DNA from: Chiloscyllium plagiosum
Lineage: Eukaryota
Direction: 5' to 3'
NCBI RefSeq assembly: GCF_004010195.1
Contig: NC_057720.1
Span: 33,346,195 to 33,410,194 of the forward strand
DNA: 64,000 bases
Shown: one piece after another, positions 38,353 through 50,984 of the stretch
Position numbering within the stretch: position 1 is the stretch's first letter
How the letters are laid out: each line of letters begins with the position of its first letter
Position numbers and translations under genes: made by a program
The notes under the pieces: model-generated
Told to the model about the DNA's origin: nothing
Database searches by the model: none
Seen by the model: the letters and a program-made list of their open reading frames with translations, nothing else

Positions 38353-38358
38353 TTTATT
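38353..38358 (-). promoter_or_regulatory. Candidate proximal polyadenylation signal (AATAAA) for the elongase gene
   Basis: tttatt on plus strand about 285 nt past the stop codon; motif only. Confidence 0.25.
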
Positions 38359-38640
38359 ACAGAGTGTCAAATAAACTTGGCCAAAGCACTTGCTTTAAAT
38401 TTTAAATAATTAAATGGTGACCTATTACAAGGTGATTATTATGAGCTATAAGAGGGAACTTCAAAGTAGAGACACAAATAACAATGACGGCAGCAATATT
38501 TAACACAGCAGGTTTTCTACAATGACAAAGAATGCATTTTAACCTTTCTTGTGATATGAAACAAACGCGCGCTTATCGTGAGAACTTTGACACAGATATT
38601 CCCAAGTCATTAAACAAACTAAAGACAGTCTTTTCAAAAT

Positions 38641-38808
38641 TTATGCTTTTTTGATCTTTTTCTGTATATACGTTTTATAGTAGAAGTTGCTGAAGAGGAT
38701 AATGATGGTGATGATGTAGATGAATACAAAAAGGTTAAATCCATCTGGGAAGTCACAGTCCGTGAAAAGATTATAGGAGGTGTGCACAGCGATTCCAATA
38801 AACTGAAG
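38641..38808 (-). CDS. elovl8: ELOVL elongase last coding exon (168 bp; LQFIGIAVHTSYNLFTDCDFPDGFNLFVFIYIITIIILFSNFYYKTYIQKKIKKA*)
   Basis: Acceptor ttgaattctag; TxxQxxQ completed across the junction; LFxNFY motif; lysine-rich ER-retrieval-like C-terminus; TAA at 38641-38643. Confidence 0.93.
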   Translation of the reverse strand, partial: LQFIGIAVHTSYNLFTDCDFPDGFNLFVFIYIITIIILFSNFYYKTYIQKKIKKA

Positions 38809-39513
38809 CTAGAATTCAAAAACAAAAGGGAATGTCAGCATATTTGTTACTTGTCTTGTAAGGCTTACTCTGTACTCCAGAGCTTTCCTGGGCCCACTCA
38901 AAGTATGAATCCATCTTTGAGATACTAAACCTACTAGATATTACCAGTTATTTCTATTTTTCCATTTATTTCAATGTTTTCTTTAAATGCTTATTGCAAG
39001 AGGGCCTACTTCACTTCATACACAAACACGCATCTCCCAACGGCAATACATTACAGCCAATGTACCCTGTCATTTTCCTATAGTGTATGGGTGATTTGTT
39101 TAAGTACACAGGTATTTTACCATTTTTGGTGCAGTTATGTATTGAGATAATGCTAAGCAGCTCATACAAGAACTTTCAATTCCATGGCTTAGAGGGAGCA
39201 TTGCTGACAGGTTGTCAACTTGCACAGAATTGACAGTGCTGGAAACTGTTACTTCTATTCAGCATTCAAGCATACAGTGCACATTTTGAGATCACTGTAA
39301 GAGGACCATAGTTGTCAGTACTATCTTTGCAAAACGGAAAAGGCAATGACACATTAACACCGCAGAGAAGTCTTAACACACACAAGACTGAGTCAGGATT
39401 ACCAGGTCTTTTCCAAACTGGAAAGTGGTGGACTGCCACAATGATCAGGCCCAGGGCCTCAATTATTTACTATGGATATTAGTGACTTGAGGAGACACAG
39501 AGCATAACATAAT

Positions 39514-39688
39514 CAGAAACTGCTGGTGAAACTCAGTAAGTTGAGCAGCATCTCAGAGTGAAAACAAAGTTAACTGATCAGGACGTTGCAAGTTCTGAAG
39601 AAGGGTCACTGGTCCTGAAACGTTAACTCTGCTTTCTCTCCACAGATGCTGCCAGACCTGCTGAGTTTCTCCAGCAATGACTGTTTGT
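39514..39688. mobile_element. Old palindromic pLTR-like element (family C) with hammerhead-like core near 39595-39625
   Basis: ctgaaga-agggtcactggtcct-gaaacgtt; inverted arms. Confidence 0.6.
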
Positions 39689-39689
39689 T

Positions 39690-42600
39690 AAACAGGCTTT
39701 TCAATTTATATTTCTTGCGTATCGTGTGGCTTGATTAAAAGTTTAATTTGTTAATTGAATAAGACCAAGAGAAGTACCAGAAATTATTTAATACATAAAT
39801 TGTTAAAGTTAATTAAATAAAGAGTTATGGATGGGCAGGAGATGTGCTGCAGCTGTACGATGTGGGAGCTGGCTGATCCCATTGTGAACGGCAGTGACCA
39901 CATCTGCAGCAAGTGTCAGTTGCTGAAAGAACTCCAGATCAGAATTGATGATCCGGAATCTGAGCTTCAAACACTCCGGCACATCTGGGAGGGGGAGTGT
40001 TACTTGGACATTTTGTTTCAGGAGGCAGTCACACCTGGTAGATTAAGTAATTCAAATTCAGTCGGTGATCAGGAACAACAGGGTGTGACTGTAAGTGAGG
40101 CAGGTAGGGGGATTCTGAGTTCAGGAGTGGAGAAGCCTCAGCCCTTGACCTTGTCCAACAGGTATGAGATTTTTGCTCCCTGTATGGATGAGGAAAAGAG
40201 CTGTGGACAGGATGAGCCAGCTGACCACAGCACCATAGTGCAGAAGGTCATTCAAGAAGGGGAAGCAAAAAAGACAAGCAGTTGTTATAGGGGATTGTAT
40301 AATTAGTAGGACGGATAGTATCCTTTGTGAGCCAGATCAGGAGTCCTGCATGGTGTTTTGCCTGCCAGGCGCCTGGGTGCAGGACATCTCTGACCAGCTT
40401 GAAAGGATATTGGAGCAGGAGGGGGGAGGATCCAGTTGTTGTGGTCCACATTGGGACTAACAACATAGGCAAGGCTAGGAAGGAGGACCTGTTTGGAGAT
40501 TATCAAGCACTAGGAAGAGAAGTGAAGTGCAGGTCCTCAAGGGCCATAATCTCTGGATTACTGCCCAAGCCATGTGCTAATTGGCATAGGCATACGAAAA
40601 TTAGGGAAGTAAACACATGGCGAAGGGATTGGTGTGGGAAAGAGGGATTCCATTTCATTGGACATTGGCATCAGTTTTGAAACCGATGGTCACGGTGGTC
40701 TGTACCGATGGGACGATCTCCACCTGAACCGATCTGGATCCAGTGTTCGAGCAAAAAGGATAAATAGGCTGGTCACGGGGACTTTAAACTTATGAGTCAA
40801 GGGGGAGGGAAAGCAAAAGCAACAGGGAGTATGGAGTTAAATGGAAAGATAAACAGCAGGATAACACATGTGCAGGTGGGTTTAAGCTCGAAGCAGACTA
40901 GGAATGCAGCAAAAAGGAAGGATAACTTTATAATGATAAGAAACTTAGCATTAAGGCACTTTACCTGAATGCCCGTAGTATTCGTAACAAAGTAGATGAA
41001 TTAACGGCACAAATCATCGTGAATGATTATGATGTGGTAGGCATCACAGACACTTGGTTGCAGGGGGTTCAGGACTGGCAGTTAAACATCCAAGGATTCA
41101 CAACTTATCGAAAAGATAGGGAGGTGGGCAGAGGGGGCAGGGTTGCCTTGTTAGTTAAGAATGAAATTAAATCTATGGCACAGAATGCCATAGCGTCAGA
41201 TGATGTGGAGTCTGTGTGGGTGGAGTTGAGGAACCACAAAGATGAAAAACCATAATAGGAGTTATGTACAGACCTCCTAACGGTGGTTAGGACCAGGGGC
41301 GCAAGATGTACTGGGAAATAGATAGGACATGTCAGAAAGGCAAGGTCACGGTGATCATGGGGGACTTCAATATTCAGGTGGACTGCGTCAATAATGTTGC
41401 CATTGGATCCAAAGAAAGGGAATTCATGAATTCCCTACAGGATGGCTTTTTGGAACAGCTTGTGATGGAGGCCACAAGGGAGCAGGCTATTCTGGACTTA
41501 GTGCTATGTAATGAGCCAGACTTTATAAAAGATCTTAAAGTAAGGGAACACTTAGGAGGCAGCGATCATAATATGGTAGAGTTCAGTCTGCAGTTCGAAA
41601 GAGGGAAGGGAAAATCGGATGGAATGGTGTTGCAGTTAAATAAAAGAAATTACAGGGGCATGAGAGAGGAACTGATGAAAATCATCTGGAAGCAGAACCT
41701 AATGGGGAAGACAGTGGAGCAACAATGGCAGGAGTTTCTGGGTGTAATTGAGGATAGAGTACAGAGGTTCAACCCAAAGAAAAGAAAGATTATCCAGGGA
41801 GGTGGGGAGGGTGAAATTAGACAGCCATGGCTGACAAAGGAAGTCAGGAAATGTATCAAAGAAAAGGAAAGAGCCTATAAAGTGGCCAAGAGCACTGGGA
41901 AATCAGAAGATTGGGAAGACTACAAAAACAGAGGATAACAAAGAGAGAAATAAGGAAGGAGAGGATCAAATATGAAGGTAGGCTAGCAAGTAATACTTGA
42001 AATGATGGTAAAAATTTCTTTCAATACATAAGAAACAAACGAGAGGCAAAAGTAGACATTGGGCTGCTCCAAATTGATGCTGAAAGGCTAGTGATGGGAG
42101 ATAAGGAAATGGCTGAAGAACCTAAGTACTTTGCGTCAGTCTTCACAGTGGAAGACATGGGTAATATCCCAACAATTAAGGAGCGTTAGGGGGCAGAGTT
42201 GAGTATGGTAGCCATTACGAAAGAGACAGTGCCAGAAAAGCTAAAAGGTCTAAAAGTTGATACATCTCCTGGCCCTGATGGGCTACATCCTAGAGTTCTG
42301 AGGGAGGTGGCTGAAGAAATAGTGGAGACATTGGTTGTGATCTTTCAAAAGTCACGGAAGTCAGGGAAAGTCCGAGATGATTGGAAAATTGCTGTTGTAA
42401 CCCCCTTGTTCAAGAAAGGATCAAGACAAAAGATGAAAAATTATAGGCCGATTAGCCTAACCTCGTTTGTTGGTAAAATTCTAGAATCCATCGTTAAGGA
42501 TGAGATTTCAAAATTCTTGGAAGTTCAGGGTTGGATTAGAACAAGTCAGCATGGATTTAGTAAGGGGAGGTCATGCCTGACAAACCTGTTAGAATCCTTT

Positions 42601-43772
42601 GAAGACTTAAGTAGGTTACGCCAGGTAAACCCAGTAGATGTTATCTATCCAAACTTCCAAAAGACCTTTGATAACATGCCTCATGGGAGGCTGCTGAGTA
42701 AGGTGAGCTACTGGCATGGATTGAGGATTGGCTGTCTGGCAGATGGCAAAAAGTTGGGATAAATGGTTCTTTTTCAGAGTGGCAGCTGATGACAAGTGGT
42801 GTCCCACAGGGTTCAGCGTTGGGGCCGCAGTTGCTCACTTTATGTATTAATGATCTAGATGAAGGGACTGGGGCCATTCTGGCGAAGTTTGCTGATGATA
42901 CAAAGTTAGGTGGACAGGCAGGTAGTACTGAGGAGGTGGGGAGGCTGCAGAAAGATTTAGACAGTTCAGGAAAATGGTCCAGGAAATGGCTGATGAAATT
43001 CAACGTGAGCAAATGCGAGGTCTTGCAATTTGGAAAGAAGAATACAGACATTGACTATTTTCTAAACGATGAAAACATCAATAAAACAGAAGTACAAAGG
43101 GACCTGGGAGTGCTAGTCTAGCATTCTCTAAAGGTTAACTTGCAGGTTGAGTCCGTGATTAAGAAAGCAAATGTAATGTTGCCATTTATCTTGAGGGTTA
43201 GAATATAAAAGCAGGAACGTGCTTCTGAGACTTTATAAAGCTCTAGTTAGGCTCCATTTAGAATACTGTGTCCAATTTTGGAAGGACATACTGGCACAGG
43301 ACCACGTCCAGCAGAGATTCGGACGGATGATCCCTGCAATGGTAGGCCTAACATATGATGAACGGCCGAGGATCCTGGGGATTGTATTCATTAGAGTTTA
43401 GAAAGTTGAGGGAAGATCTAATGGAAACTTACTAGATAATGCATGGCTTAGAAACGGTGGACACTGGGAAGTTGTTTCTGTTAGGCAGGGAGACAAGGAC
43501 CCGTGGGCACAGCCTTAGAATTAAATGAGGAGAGATTTCTTCAGCCAGAGAGTGGTGGGCCTGTGGAATTCATTACCATGGAGTGCAGTGGAAGCCGGGT
43601 CATTAAATGTCTTCAAGGCAGAGATTGATAAATTCTTGATCTCGCAAGGAATTAAGGGCTACGGGGCGAGTGCGGGTAAGTGGAGTTGAAATATCCATCA
43701 GCCATGATTAAATGGCGGAGTGGACTCGATGAGCCGAATGGCCTTACTTCCACTCCTATGTCTTATGGTTAT
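39690..43772 (+). mobile_element. Near full-length CR1 LINE in the last elongase intron (ORF1 zinc finger/coiled coil/SGNH esterase about 39827-40790; ORF2 APE+RT about 40950-43690), inactivated
   Basis: CxSCxMWE...ICSKC; GDCI, CLPGA, VVVHIGTNNI and D(D)LHLN esterase blocks; LNARS, YRPP, GDFN, SDHN; SPGPDG, NYRPISL, GVPQG, KFADD; multiple stops and frameshifts. Confidence 0.92.
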
Positions 43773-43775
43773 AAG

Positions 43776-44968
43776 AATGAGTTGGATGAGAATATAGGAA
43801 GCACGGTCAGTAAGTTTACAGATGATACCAAAACTGGTGGTATAGTGGACAGTGAAGGTTATCTAAAGATTTAGGGCGGCACGGTGGCTCAGTGGTTAGC
43901 ACTGCTGCCTCACAGCACCAGGGTCCCAGGTTCGATTCCAGCCTTGGGTGACTGTCTGTGTGGAGTTTGCACATTCTCCCCGTTACTGTGTGGGTTTCTT
44001 CCGGGTGCTCCGGTTTCCTCCCACAGTCCAAAGATGTGCAGATTAGGTGAACTGGTCATGCTAAATTGCCCATAGTATTAGGTGCATTAGTCAGAGGGAA
44101 ATGGGTCTGGGTGGGTTACTCTTTGGAGGGTCGGTGTGGACTGGTTGGGCCGAAGGGCCTGTTTCCACACTGTAAGGAATGTAATCTAATGTAAGGAATC
44201 TAATCTAATTACAAAGGGATCTTGAGCAATTGAGTCAATGGGCCGAGCAGTGGCAGAAGATGTTTAAATTTGGATAAACGGGAGGTACTGTATTTTGGTA
44301 AAACAAACAAGGATAGGACTTATACAATTAATGGTAGGCCCTGGGTAATGTTGTAGAACAGAGAGAGATAGAGTGGTTCAGGTACATAATTCTTTGAAAT
44401 TTGCATCACAGGTACAGTGTGTGGTAAGGAAGGTATTTAGCTTGCTTGCCTTCATTGTTCAGACCTTTGAGTACAGGAGTTTGGGCGTCATGTTGAGGTT
44501 GTAGAGGATGCTGACGAGTCCTCTTGATGAGTACTCGTGTGCTGTTCTGGTCACCCTGCTATAGGACGGAAATTACTAAACTGGAGAGGATTCAGAAATA
44601 TTTATCAGGTTGTTGCTAGGAATGGAGGTTTGAGATATAAACATAGTCTGGAAAGACGGGCACTTTTTCACTGGAGCATGGGAGGTTAAGGGAGGACCTT
44701 ATTGAGGTTTATAAGATCATGAGGGGCATAGATAAGGTGAATAGCAATAGTCTTTTCCCTCGGGTGGGGGAATCCAAAACTAGGGAGAATATTGCTAAGT
44801 TGAGAGGAGAAAGTTTTAAGAAAAGGACATGGGGACAAATCTTTTAACACAGTGAGTGGTTTATGTGTGAAATGAACTTCCAGAGAAACTGTTGTACGTA
44901 GGTACACTTACAATGTTTGAGAGAGATTTGAATAAGTTTGTGAATAGGAAAGGTTTGGAGGGATATGT
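43776..44968 (+). mobile_element. CR1 RT/3' fragment split by HE1
   Basis: SKFTDDTK near 43810; C-terminal CR1 sequence. Confidence 0.8.
43873..44208 (+). mobile_element. HE1-type SINE
   Basis: Full copy with tail duplication. Confidence 0.9.
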
Positions 44969-45086
44969 ACATGAAATCCAAAACATTAGCATGCAGATAC
45001 AGCAAGTAATTAAAAAAGGCAAATAGAATTATGGCCTTTAATGCTAGAGAGTTGAAGTTAAAAACACAAGGAAGTCTTGTTACAAC

Positions 45087-45216
45087 CTTTGCTATAAATT
45101 CTGTGCCTTACGAACTTATCCTCCACAACCACCTGGTGAAGGAGCAGCACTCCGAAAGCTAGTGTTTCCAAGTAAACCTGTTGGCTTATAACCTGGTGTT
45201 GAGAGATTTTTAACCC
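45087..45216 (+). mobile_element. Single-arm family B pLTR insertion
   Basis: 9-bp TSD tgttacaac at 45078-45086 and 45217-45225; core mutated to ctggtga. Confidence 0.75.
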
Positions 45217-45404
45217 TGTTACAACAAGACAGGGTGTTGGTGAGGCTGTGCTTGATGCATTACGCAGAGCTTTGACCCCTGTATTGAAAAATGGATGCAC
45301 TGGCTTTGGAGGCTGTTTTAAAATAGATTACTCGGTTGATTCCAGGATGAAAGAGGTTGACATATGAGGAATAGCTAGACAGGTTAGGTCTTTATTCATT
45401 ACAG

Positions 45405-45623
45405 GGCAAAAGTGAGGACTGCAGATGCTGGGGACAGTATGGTGCTGGAAAAGCACAGCAGGTCAGGATTAACTGAGGAGCAGGAATGCCGATGTTTCAG
45501 GCAAAAGCCCTTCTTCACGAATGAGGCCTCAATCCTGATGAAGGACTTTTGCCCGAAACGTCGACTCTCATGCTCCTCAGATGCTGCCTGACCTACTGTG
45601 CTTTTCTGACACCACACTCTCAA
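45405..45623. mobile_element. Palindromic pLTR element (family A) with two opposed hammerhead-like cores
   Basis: 15-bp TSD ctttattcattacag at 45390-45404 and 45624-45638. Confidence 0.88.
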
Positions 45624-46287
45624 CTTTATTCATTACAGTTTAAATCTTGAGGGGCAATCTTACTGAAAGATGCAAGACTCAGGGTGGATGTTGAGAAGAT
45701 GTTTCACCTACTGGGGGAATCTCAAACAAGGGGACATAATTGTAGAAGGGGATGCTCATTTAAAACTGAGATGCAAAGGAATTTTTTCTCCCAAAGGGCA
45801 GTCAATATTTGGAATTCTCTAACCCAATGAGCCTCATCGAGGCTAGATCATAGAGTATTTAATCAGGAGTTAAGTAGATCTTTGAAATACCAGGTAGTTG
45901 ACAGCTCTGTGGAGATGGCATCAAAAGGAGCCAAGGCCTCGGCCAAATCAGCCACAAATCTTGTTAACAGTGGGGCAGACTTGAGGATCGAATGGCCTAC
46001 TCCCGCTTCTATGTTCTTAATGCCAATTTCTTTTGCTGTAATAAAGTGCAAAAGCCTGACCCGCAGCAAATTTTCACAACTGAAATACACATTTGTAGCG
46101 TCGCTTAAGTATTGTTTAAGGATAAGATGTCTTTTCAGGTATGAAGATTCTTGTGGTGCACAACATAATATCTGAAATGTTTTAGACACTATCAGATTTT
46201 TAAAAATATTTGCAGATTGTCTTTGGCTCACTTGTAGAATGAAAGCCCCACAGAGAATCACACCATATGAATATGAAGCAAACTTAC

Positions 46288-46415
46288 CAGCTGAAGCATA
46301 GTGAGATAACGCTTCCACCACAAGTACTTCTGCATGTGTGGTCCCATTGCAGCAATTCCATAGTATAGATACATCACAATATGAACAAAGGAATTTAACA
46401 AGCCGATGAAGAAGG
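46288..46415 (-). CDS. elovl8: ELOVL elongase exon (128 bp; [43 protein letters not shown])
   Basis: NxxxHxxMYxYY and [10 protein letters not shown] motifs; acceptor ttttcttcag, donor gtaagt; phase completes the Ser codon from the previous exon. Confidence 0.95.
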
Positions 46416-48555
46416 CTGAAGAAAAGAAAGAACATTTGCTTGCAGCTATACAAGAGATCAAGTTTGTCAATAGCTGGACAATTCCATTCTTCATGACAAA
46501 GGTTCATGGTCATGTTATCAGCCAATCTGTTCAAACAAAGAACCAGCAGCAACCAATGGTCTTTCCTGTGCTGCAATGTTCTGTTTATTTGGAAATGAAA
46601 AGTTAGGAGATAATTTAGAAAAACAGAGAAAGAAGTTTCACATCAGCTGACATAATGAGTACAATGTGCAGGAAAATATGGAGAAGACAGAAGAAATGGC
46701 AGTAAGTGAAATGCTATTTCAAAAATCTGGTGCAGACAATGCGTGGAATGGCTTCTTTCTGTGCTGTAACAATTTTGGGCTGAATATTTTCATTCTCAGG
46801 TAAAGCATTGTGTCATTGCGTCTAGTCTGCCACAGTTCACAACTACTTGTCTCACACAAGCTTGAGCTTTTCAACTCATTAATTATACTATGGAGCTCTT
46901 TGATAGCCTTCTTACGTAACTGCATAGCAGCAGAAGCAGATCACTCACCACTACTGTGAACTTCTGCATTCATCCCACAGGCACTTTATTTAAAGCCTGA
47001 CTGCACACCACTTCCAAACGGCAAACCAGGAACTGCCCCTCACACTGTTGGACTTCACCATTATCACCTACCGGGGTGAGGTGAAGAGGAGAGAAATGAT
47101 TTGGAGAGGAGGGCAGACCTGGCCAAACCCAGGAAACCTAGACCCAGTTAGCATCCAGAGACAGTGCAATAACCTAAATTAAAAGAAACACCTACCAGTT
47201 CAGGAATAAGATTACTGTGTATCACAAGGCTAAGTACCACCATCTTCTCTCTGCCATCCCACGTTCCTAGAGCCATCACTCACATGAGGGCTCTACAACT
47301 GCACACTCACACCAAGGCTCATTGACTGCACCTCTCACTATTCCATGTATCACACCAAGTCAACAGCCCTCACTCACCTCATAATAACTAACCTATTCCG
47401 TCCTCTATGCTTTCTATTGACTCACCGGGGGCCATCCATCACCTCTCCTGCATTACCATTCATTACTCTTCTATCCATGTCGAACAAATTCAAACTCTCC
47501 CTTTGTCACATTGCAGGAAGAAATGTGGCTAAACCCCCTAGACTGATGTGTCCACACCACCCTGACTGACCTACCTACCTGAATTCTGTGACGAGGTGAA
47601 CTTCACTGACAGGGGTGACAGTGGCCCAATTCCTGGATTTCAAGGTCACAGGTCATTACATTCTGATAGCACCAAGTACTTGACAGACAGTGGCCAACCA
47701 CCCAGACTAGAATTGAGTATGCCCCTGATCTGAACTTATGATGCAGCAGTACCCCTTGACTAATGCCCTTTAACACATTACCGTCCAGTCCCCTTTGAAT
47801 TTCACACATGGCTATTTACTTGAAGCACGTGCAGCGTGTTTGCCATGCAAGCTGTTGATTCTTGCTGTAGGGGGTCACTGATGTAGTCCTGTGCTTTACA
47901 GCAACATATCCACCCTCTTTCTGTGTAGCACTCCCCACTGTGATAAGCTGCCTGCCTCTCCCTCTGCACTGAAACACAAGAGACTGGCAGCCTCCAAGTA
48001 AAGACAGAGTGAATAAGTGCTTAGAAATCAAGCCCTATGGAGAGGGCAAAGGAAATTTCTCAGAAATGAGTAAGTTTAAATATATAGTTAAATGGAGAAA
48101 CTGAGGCTGTTCCTCATTAGAACCTAAACAGAAGAATTCAAATTTATGAGAAGTTTTGATCATATTAGTAGGAAGAGACTGTTTCCTCTGGCCGGTCATG
48201 GGCAGAAATCATGGCATTAATTTGGACAATGCTTTCAAAGGGCCAACATGGTTAAAAAGGCACTGAACAGTATACCTCTAACATTACAGATATTTTGCTC
48301 AAGTTGTTTCTGCTCTACAACAGCACTGAGAGACCCGAATACGTTGATTATAAAACACCAGGATATTTGCCAACAATTCTGCTGATAACGCGCTCCAGTT
48401 TAAAAATGATGCAATGGAAGATGTTACTTGCAAATAATTTTAATTTTAAAGTATTCTCGTAAAATTTGATTTGAAAAGTCAATAACTGAGCACTTCATGT
48501 AAAAGGTTTTTCATAAAGCTGTATTTGTCCTGTTGGCCACAAGTTGAATACTTAC

Positions 48556-48670
48556 ACTGACCCCCTGGTACATACTTCACTCCAGCCCACCAGTTGAAAA
48601 TCATTGTACCATGGTGATAAACATGAAGAAATGTGATCTGATTATACTTTTTCCTCAGAATGAAAAATAT
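48556..48670 (-). CDS. elovl8: ELOVL elongase exon (115 bp; [38 protein letters not shown]) with HxxHH box
   Basis: Histidine box HVYHH at 48611-48625; acceptor ttttggacag, donor gtaagt; ends phase 1. Confidence 0.95.
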
Positions 48671-49799
48671 CTGTCCAAAAGAAAACAAGACAAAAAAAAG
48701 GAGTCAAAAGGGCTGCGGAAATGATGAAAAAAAGGATGGAAACTTGTAGGATCCACAATGCAGGTTCAAGGGAGATAAAATAGTTAATCCATTCTGCTTC
48801 GCCCCTTGTCACCTCTTGGCAATGAACAAAAACGTTGAATGGTCGCAGTGAGAGACGAAACAAGAGAACAGTCAATTTTTATGTTGCTTTTCTGAAAACT
48901 GACAAAAAAATTCTAGATTGGTGCAAAGAGTAAGTTGGAATCAACATTACTTCATTCACAATGATGTTAAATTCAGGACTATAACGTTCATTAGATTTGA
49001 TGTACAGTATATTATTTAGGATGCTCTATAATTATCTCAGACAGACAGACTAGTCTATCACCAGGCCAATGCCATTAATAATGTTAGTCTATATAAAGCA
49101 TTTTTTTTTTTTAAGTGTAATATCTCCAAGGAGATATTAGTATTGATTTTATTCAAATTCCATTTTGAAGCCATGAAAATCATATTTCACACTGGGAGAT
49201 TAAATTTCTAATAGGATTACGTTCAGTCTCTTCTTGCATAGTACTCCACAGAGATGAATGTCAAAATAATTTAGCAGCATGGCAATTGAAAAACATGCTT
49301 AGAACATTCATTAAAAATGCTATGGCATAACTGATGTCATTCAATTTTTTTTTATTTCACAGCATACTTTACCAGATAGTAAACAATATTAGTAAGCAGA
49401 TGCATTTATAGAGTTCTCTTAATTATCATGGTTACATATGCAAATGCATGCAATGCAACACTAATGTGCAAAAAGTAACAAGTTTGCAGCTCATTCTCCC
49501 TGTCCATAAGCCAAGTCCTGAATTTTAGATGGTGCTAATTAATTTTTTTTGGCTTTGAATTAACATTCATAGCCAGGATATGAACTCTCTTATCAAAAGC
49601 GATCCCAAATAAGCAGGCATCCAATTCACCATACTATTACTGGCAAGGAATACTAATTTCAGGTTTGATCATGTAATCGACAAGTTTCCATTCTGTTCCA
49701 ACAGCAGTTGAAGTTATCTCAAAAACATGGATGAACCAGGTTTAGAAAAGAAGCTCAAACTGTATTTGCACGTCAAAGTACGACGAATAAAAATTGCAA

Positions 49800-50170
49800 T
49801 TGTACAGCACTTCACTGCTTCCTTTAGCAACAATCTCATAGCACTGAACAAAAGTAAAAGTCATTGAATTGTAGCAACTATTCTACATGTAAATAGGGCA
49901 GCCATTTTACACAGAAAAATCTTCACAAGAAGCCATGTGTTGAGTGACTTGTTCATTTATTTTTGGCGGAATATGTAACCAGTGGAATGCTGGTCAGGAC
50001 ACTGAAAACCTTTGGTCACCTTTCAATAGCATAGCATCATTTAATATTCAGTTCAAAAAGCATTTGGGGCATTAACTCATCTCCAGGCAAATCATTAGCC
50101 TATTTTAGTGGTGCCAGTCCGAGAATAGAGCTTGAAAGCATTTTTCACTTTTAAGTGAGAATCAACCATA
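49800..50170 (-). mobile_element. Very old Deu-domain SINE-like remnant (SacSINE1/AmnSINE1 group)
   Basis: ggcagccattttacacag...ggtcaggacactg...aatag pattern resembles the DeuSINE core; recognised from memory. Confidence 0.4.
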
Positions 50171-50635
50171 CTGTATCAAGTCACGAGTTATAAGTGTACT
50201 GGTTAGTTGTCTCAGCCAAATTAATGCACGCTCAATAATAGTACCTTGCCAGAAGCAGTGAAAGCAGTGACATTGTCCTAATGAATTACACTCAATCGAT
50301 TATTAGTCATTTATTCATATATGGTAAGTACCATGGCACACACAGTTTTATTGTCAGCATGGGTTAGTACTATTGTGCCAGAGGTGCATTCACTAATCAC
50401 TGCAAATTGGAAAAAAGTGAAGTTCCAAAAAAAAACCTCCAACGGCACACTTGGTCAATTAGTAATTGAATTGTGAATGTTAGTTTCCAATTCAAAAACC
50501 TCTTTGAAGGGAAAATCTGAGAAAAGCAATAATATTGCCTCTTAAGAGCAAACAGAATTTTGAAAACAATGTGCAATGTAATCACTGAAAAAACTAAAAG
50601 TACAGTATTTCCCATATTAAAAGTTGATCACTTAC

Positions 50636-50692
50636 GGTGTCCATCAATTCAATGACTTTAGAGAAGAAAAACCACCAGCAGACATTTGCCAT
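50636..50692 (-). CDS. elovl8: ELOVL elongase exon (57 bp; MANVCWWFFFSKVIELMDT)
   Basis: KxxExxDT ELO motif; acceptor tgtttacag, donor gtaagt; phase 0/0. Confidence 0.93.
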
Positions 50693-50984
50693 CTGTAAAC
50701 AGACAAGGGTGATGAAGAAAAAGCTGAAAAGATAAAGACTAAAATAAAAATATAAAATGGTAGACATGCAAAGTAAGCCTATTGCCATCACAAAAGAAAC
50801 GTTGGTACTGTGAGCAAGCATTTTGCACTGAAATTTACTGATAAAAATTCTGCTCAAAGATTTTCAGATGTCTGTTTATTTCCAATGCTTCTTTTTACTT
50901 GAGATTTTCAGCGTTCCCTCACTTGCACCCTGATTCAATTTGACCTGCCACTGTTCTGCTAGGCCTATTTTTGAACTTCAGCTA

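Larger units (their letters stand above)
44969..46020 (+). mobile_element. Older CR1 3' fragment carrying two pLTR insertions
   Basis: CR1 C-terminus and tail aatggcctactcccgcttctatgttctt. Confidence 0.7.

Noticed and set aside
38634..38825. 63-aa Ser-rich ORF
   Set aside because: Alternative frame of the true last exon
45863..46576. 237-aa minus-strand ORF overlapping an elongase exon
   Set aside because: Wrong frame over the exon, runs through intron and CR1 tail, no recognisable domain
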